64,000 nt of DNA, taken from NCBI GenBank assembly GCA_963693365.1, contig CAVNZM010000005.1, forward strand, positions 2,408,342 to 2,472,341. The letters are read 5' to 3'. Position 1 is the stretch's first letter, and every line of letters begins with the position of its first letter. Shown one piece after another: positions 25,694 through 64,000 of this stretch. The DNA is from Amoebidium appalachense. Taxonomy: Eukaryota > Protista > Ichthyosporea. The notes beneath the pieces are model-generated. The model was not told where the DNA came from, ran no database searches, and saw only the letters and a list, made by a program, of their open reading frames with translations. A program made the translations under genes and the position numbers.

Positions 25694-25724
<31 letters not shown>

Positions 25725-26506
25725 TTTTAGCTCCTCCCCAGTCGCCTACCCTTGTCCACACCTTATCCCCCTACCCCCCACATCTCCAACCCCAGCTGGT
25801 CATCACAACCACCACCCATCCTACCTTGATAACCGTTTCAAAGGTCATCTGCACATATTGGAGGGGGAATTTAATGGAAGGGAAGATGACCCTTCAGTGG
25901 AGCCTCAGGGCAGGAAGGCGTTCCCAAAGCAGACACATGCACGGACACACTTCATAGGGATTTTATTTATTCGGCCAGACAATACACTGATTGCTGCATC
26001 TCCATATCACTGATACATCAGCTATTCCATATCCAACATCCGCTCGGATACTACTACAGGGTGATATCTGCCGTAGAACATTACATCGACTACAGAGCAC
26101 AACCGAATACCCCTTTTCGACCCTCCCTCCTTTCCTCCCTCCGCCCCCCCCCCCCCCCCCCCCCCTCACACACGCACGCGCGCGATTTCTACCAAAACAA
26201 AACAGAATATTGTAATAAATCAACAAAAAAAAATCCATACGACACCACTTCTGCATAACGTGTTCGACCCAGCACCTCTGTACACTAAAAAAAAACAACC
26301 GACCATGTAATATAATAAATTTAACAATTATGATAAATGCAAAACAAAAAGAAGTCGCGGGTGCTACAAAATCCCCAAAAATAGCAACACACAACTCATG
26401 ACTACAACCATACAGTAGTATATTGCATTTGTTGTTCAATAGGCACTCCCCCATCCACAAAACCACTACCCAGGGTATGGCAATCCCTTCCATCTCTCAG
26501 GTCAAG

Positions 26507-40668
<14,162 letters not shown>

Positions 40669-40929
40669 CTTCAAGAAAGCCTGCCCGGCCTGTGTAACAC
40701 GCGCAAAACCCGTCAGATAACCAAGAATCCAAATGATGGATGTTTGAGTGGGTCAAAGGAAACCAGGAGGCTGGAGCAAATACGGTCTTATATAGAGTTT
40801 TGTACACAACTGTAAAAGAGTTTCAGGAGCCTGGCCGTGCTTCATAAGGGGCGGTGTATGCCTGTAGTTGGGAATCGTCATACAGACAGAAACTCTTTCC
40901 CAAGCTAGGTCCAGATAGCACGGAAACCT

Positions 40930-41783
40930 ACTTGCACCCGAAATCACAAAGAGATTGATAAAACCAATGAAGCAAGTTGGTAGCGCTGCAAGTTCATGTG
41001 CATAAGTGAGATCCGTTGGTCATTTTGTCGTCCTCGACCAGTGGAACACGATCCCCTGTCCACTTCCCAAAGCCAACCTCGCCAAAAAAAAAAAAATTTA
41101 CCCAAATAATCCCTTCGGCCGCACTTACAGGATGCGCAATGTATGTTCCTTGTGTGTCAAATCCTCAAAGCCTCAATAGATAAGTGGTGTTGTAGGTACA
41201 AAAGTAAGAAAAAGTGAAGTTGGAAATTTGTTCCGCAGCTTTTGTTTGGTCAGTGAGCCGGAAAAAATTCCTCGCGATCTCTGACGTCACCATGACATCA
41301 GCGATCTACAAAAACGGGTACTCGGTCGGAGCCGGTCCCTATGATATCAACAAAAGTACACAAGGGAAAACGAGGTAATATACTTGAATATACATTATTA
41401 CACATCTTTATATAGATAGAATATGTAATACAAAATCAGAACGGGAAATTACGCGTATTATAGATCTTGCTCACAAAACGGTTGCAAAGGTCGCAGTGTG
41501 GCGCACCGCTCCAGCCAAGGCCGCCTCTGATTGGCTTTTGAATATTTCGCAACTTTGCCTTTTATGTCTATGTCTTTTGAAGCGGTTTATCTATATATGG
41601 TAATTGGTTTGGCTCACCAGAGCTTCAAAAGAGTTTTGCCGCCAAACACACGTCACACTTTACTGGCAGGAGCTTTAGAGACCAAGAAAAAATTAGGGAG
41701 GGAGAGAGAGAACAGGGATAGACCCACACGCACGAGTACACGGACATTTTGTGACCGCCGCCCCAGGTTAGGGCACATCGAAG
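40930..41783. promoter_or_regulatory. Probable bidirectional promoter between the BAR-I/LWEQ gene and CAND1
   Basis: Microsatellite-free, AT-richer spacer between divergent genes. Contains CRE TGACGTCA (41282-41289), TGACATCA (41293-41300) and CCAAT box CTGATTGGC (41527-41535). A minus-strand donor at 40930 suggests a 5' UTR exon. Confidence 0.55.
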
Positions 41784-63738
<21,955 letters not shown>

Positions 63739-63758
63739 GTACGTGTACCTCGTGCATG

Positions 63759-63807
<49 letters not shown>

Positions 63808-64000
63808 CAAGCTCGTGATCACAGACACATGGGCTTTGAAATGGTTCTTAGATATGTGCACATGTTCACTAGTGCACACACATGAACTGTGGTGTGCGCT
63901 GACACTATACCCCCATGCATGCAGACACCACAGGCACGATAATCATCTTTCCCGTGGGTCCCGTGTCTTTCGTTTCCGATCTCAACCCCCCCCCCCCCCC

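Overview
Eukaryotic genomic DNA with many introns and dense microsatellites and homopolymers. The gene content suggests a unicellular opisthokont or holozoan (inference only). Most ORFs in the track are simple-repeat artefacts. I assembled three spliced genes by hand. (1) A 5-exon, 329-aa protein with two GATA-type zinc fingers (minus, 371-2092). (2) A 21-exon, ~878-aa protein (minus, 26507-40668) with an architecture I do not recognise: endophilin-like N-BAR, SH3, coiled coil, helical bundle, talin/HIP1R/Sla2-type I/LWEQ domain, poly-Pro, and an ESCRT-III-like MIM1 tail (DDLMARLAALRK*). (3) CAND1 (plus, from 41784, ~32 exons, running off the window), head-to-head with gene 2. The region 4.3-25.7 kb is mostly transposons. 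It holds a non-autonomous PIF/Harbinger element (16-bp TIRs, TTA TSD, 62-bp perfect palindrome) and four related non-LTR retrotransposon copies or relics. The longest copy encodes a Q/P-rich 72-aa repeat array, RT, RNase H and two Zn knuckles. All four share a structured 3' RNA element with pairing-preserving substitutions. Best leads: the BAR-SH3-I/LWEQ-MIM1 protein, the conserved retroelement 3' RNA, and introns with G/GT-rich 5' halves and complementary C/CA-rich 3' halves.
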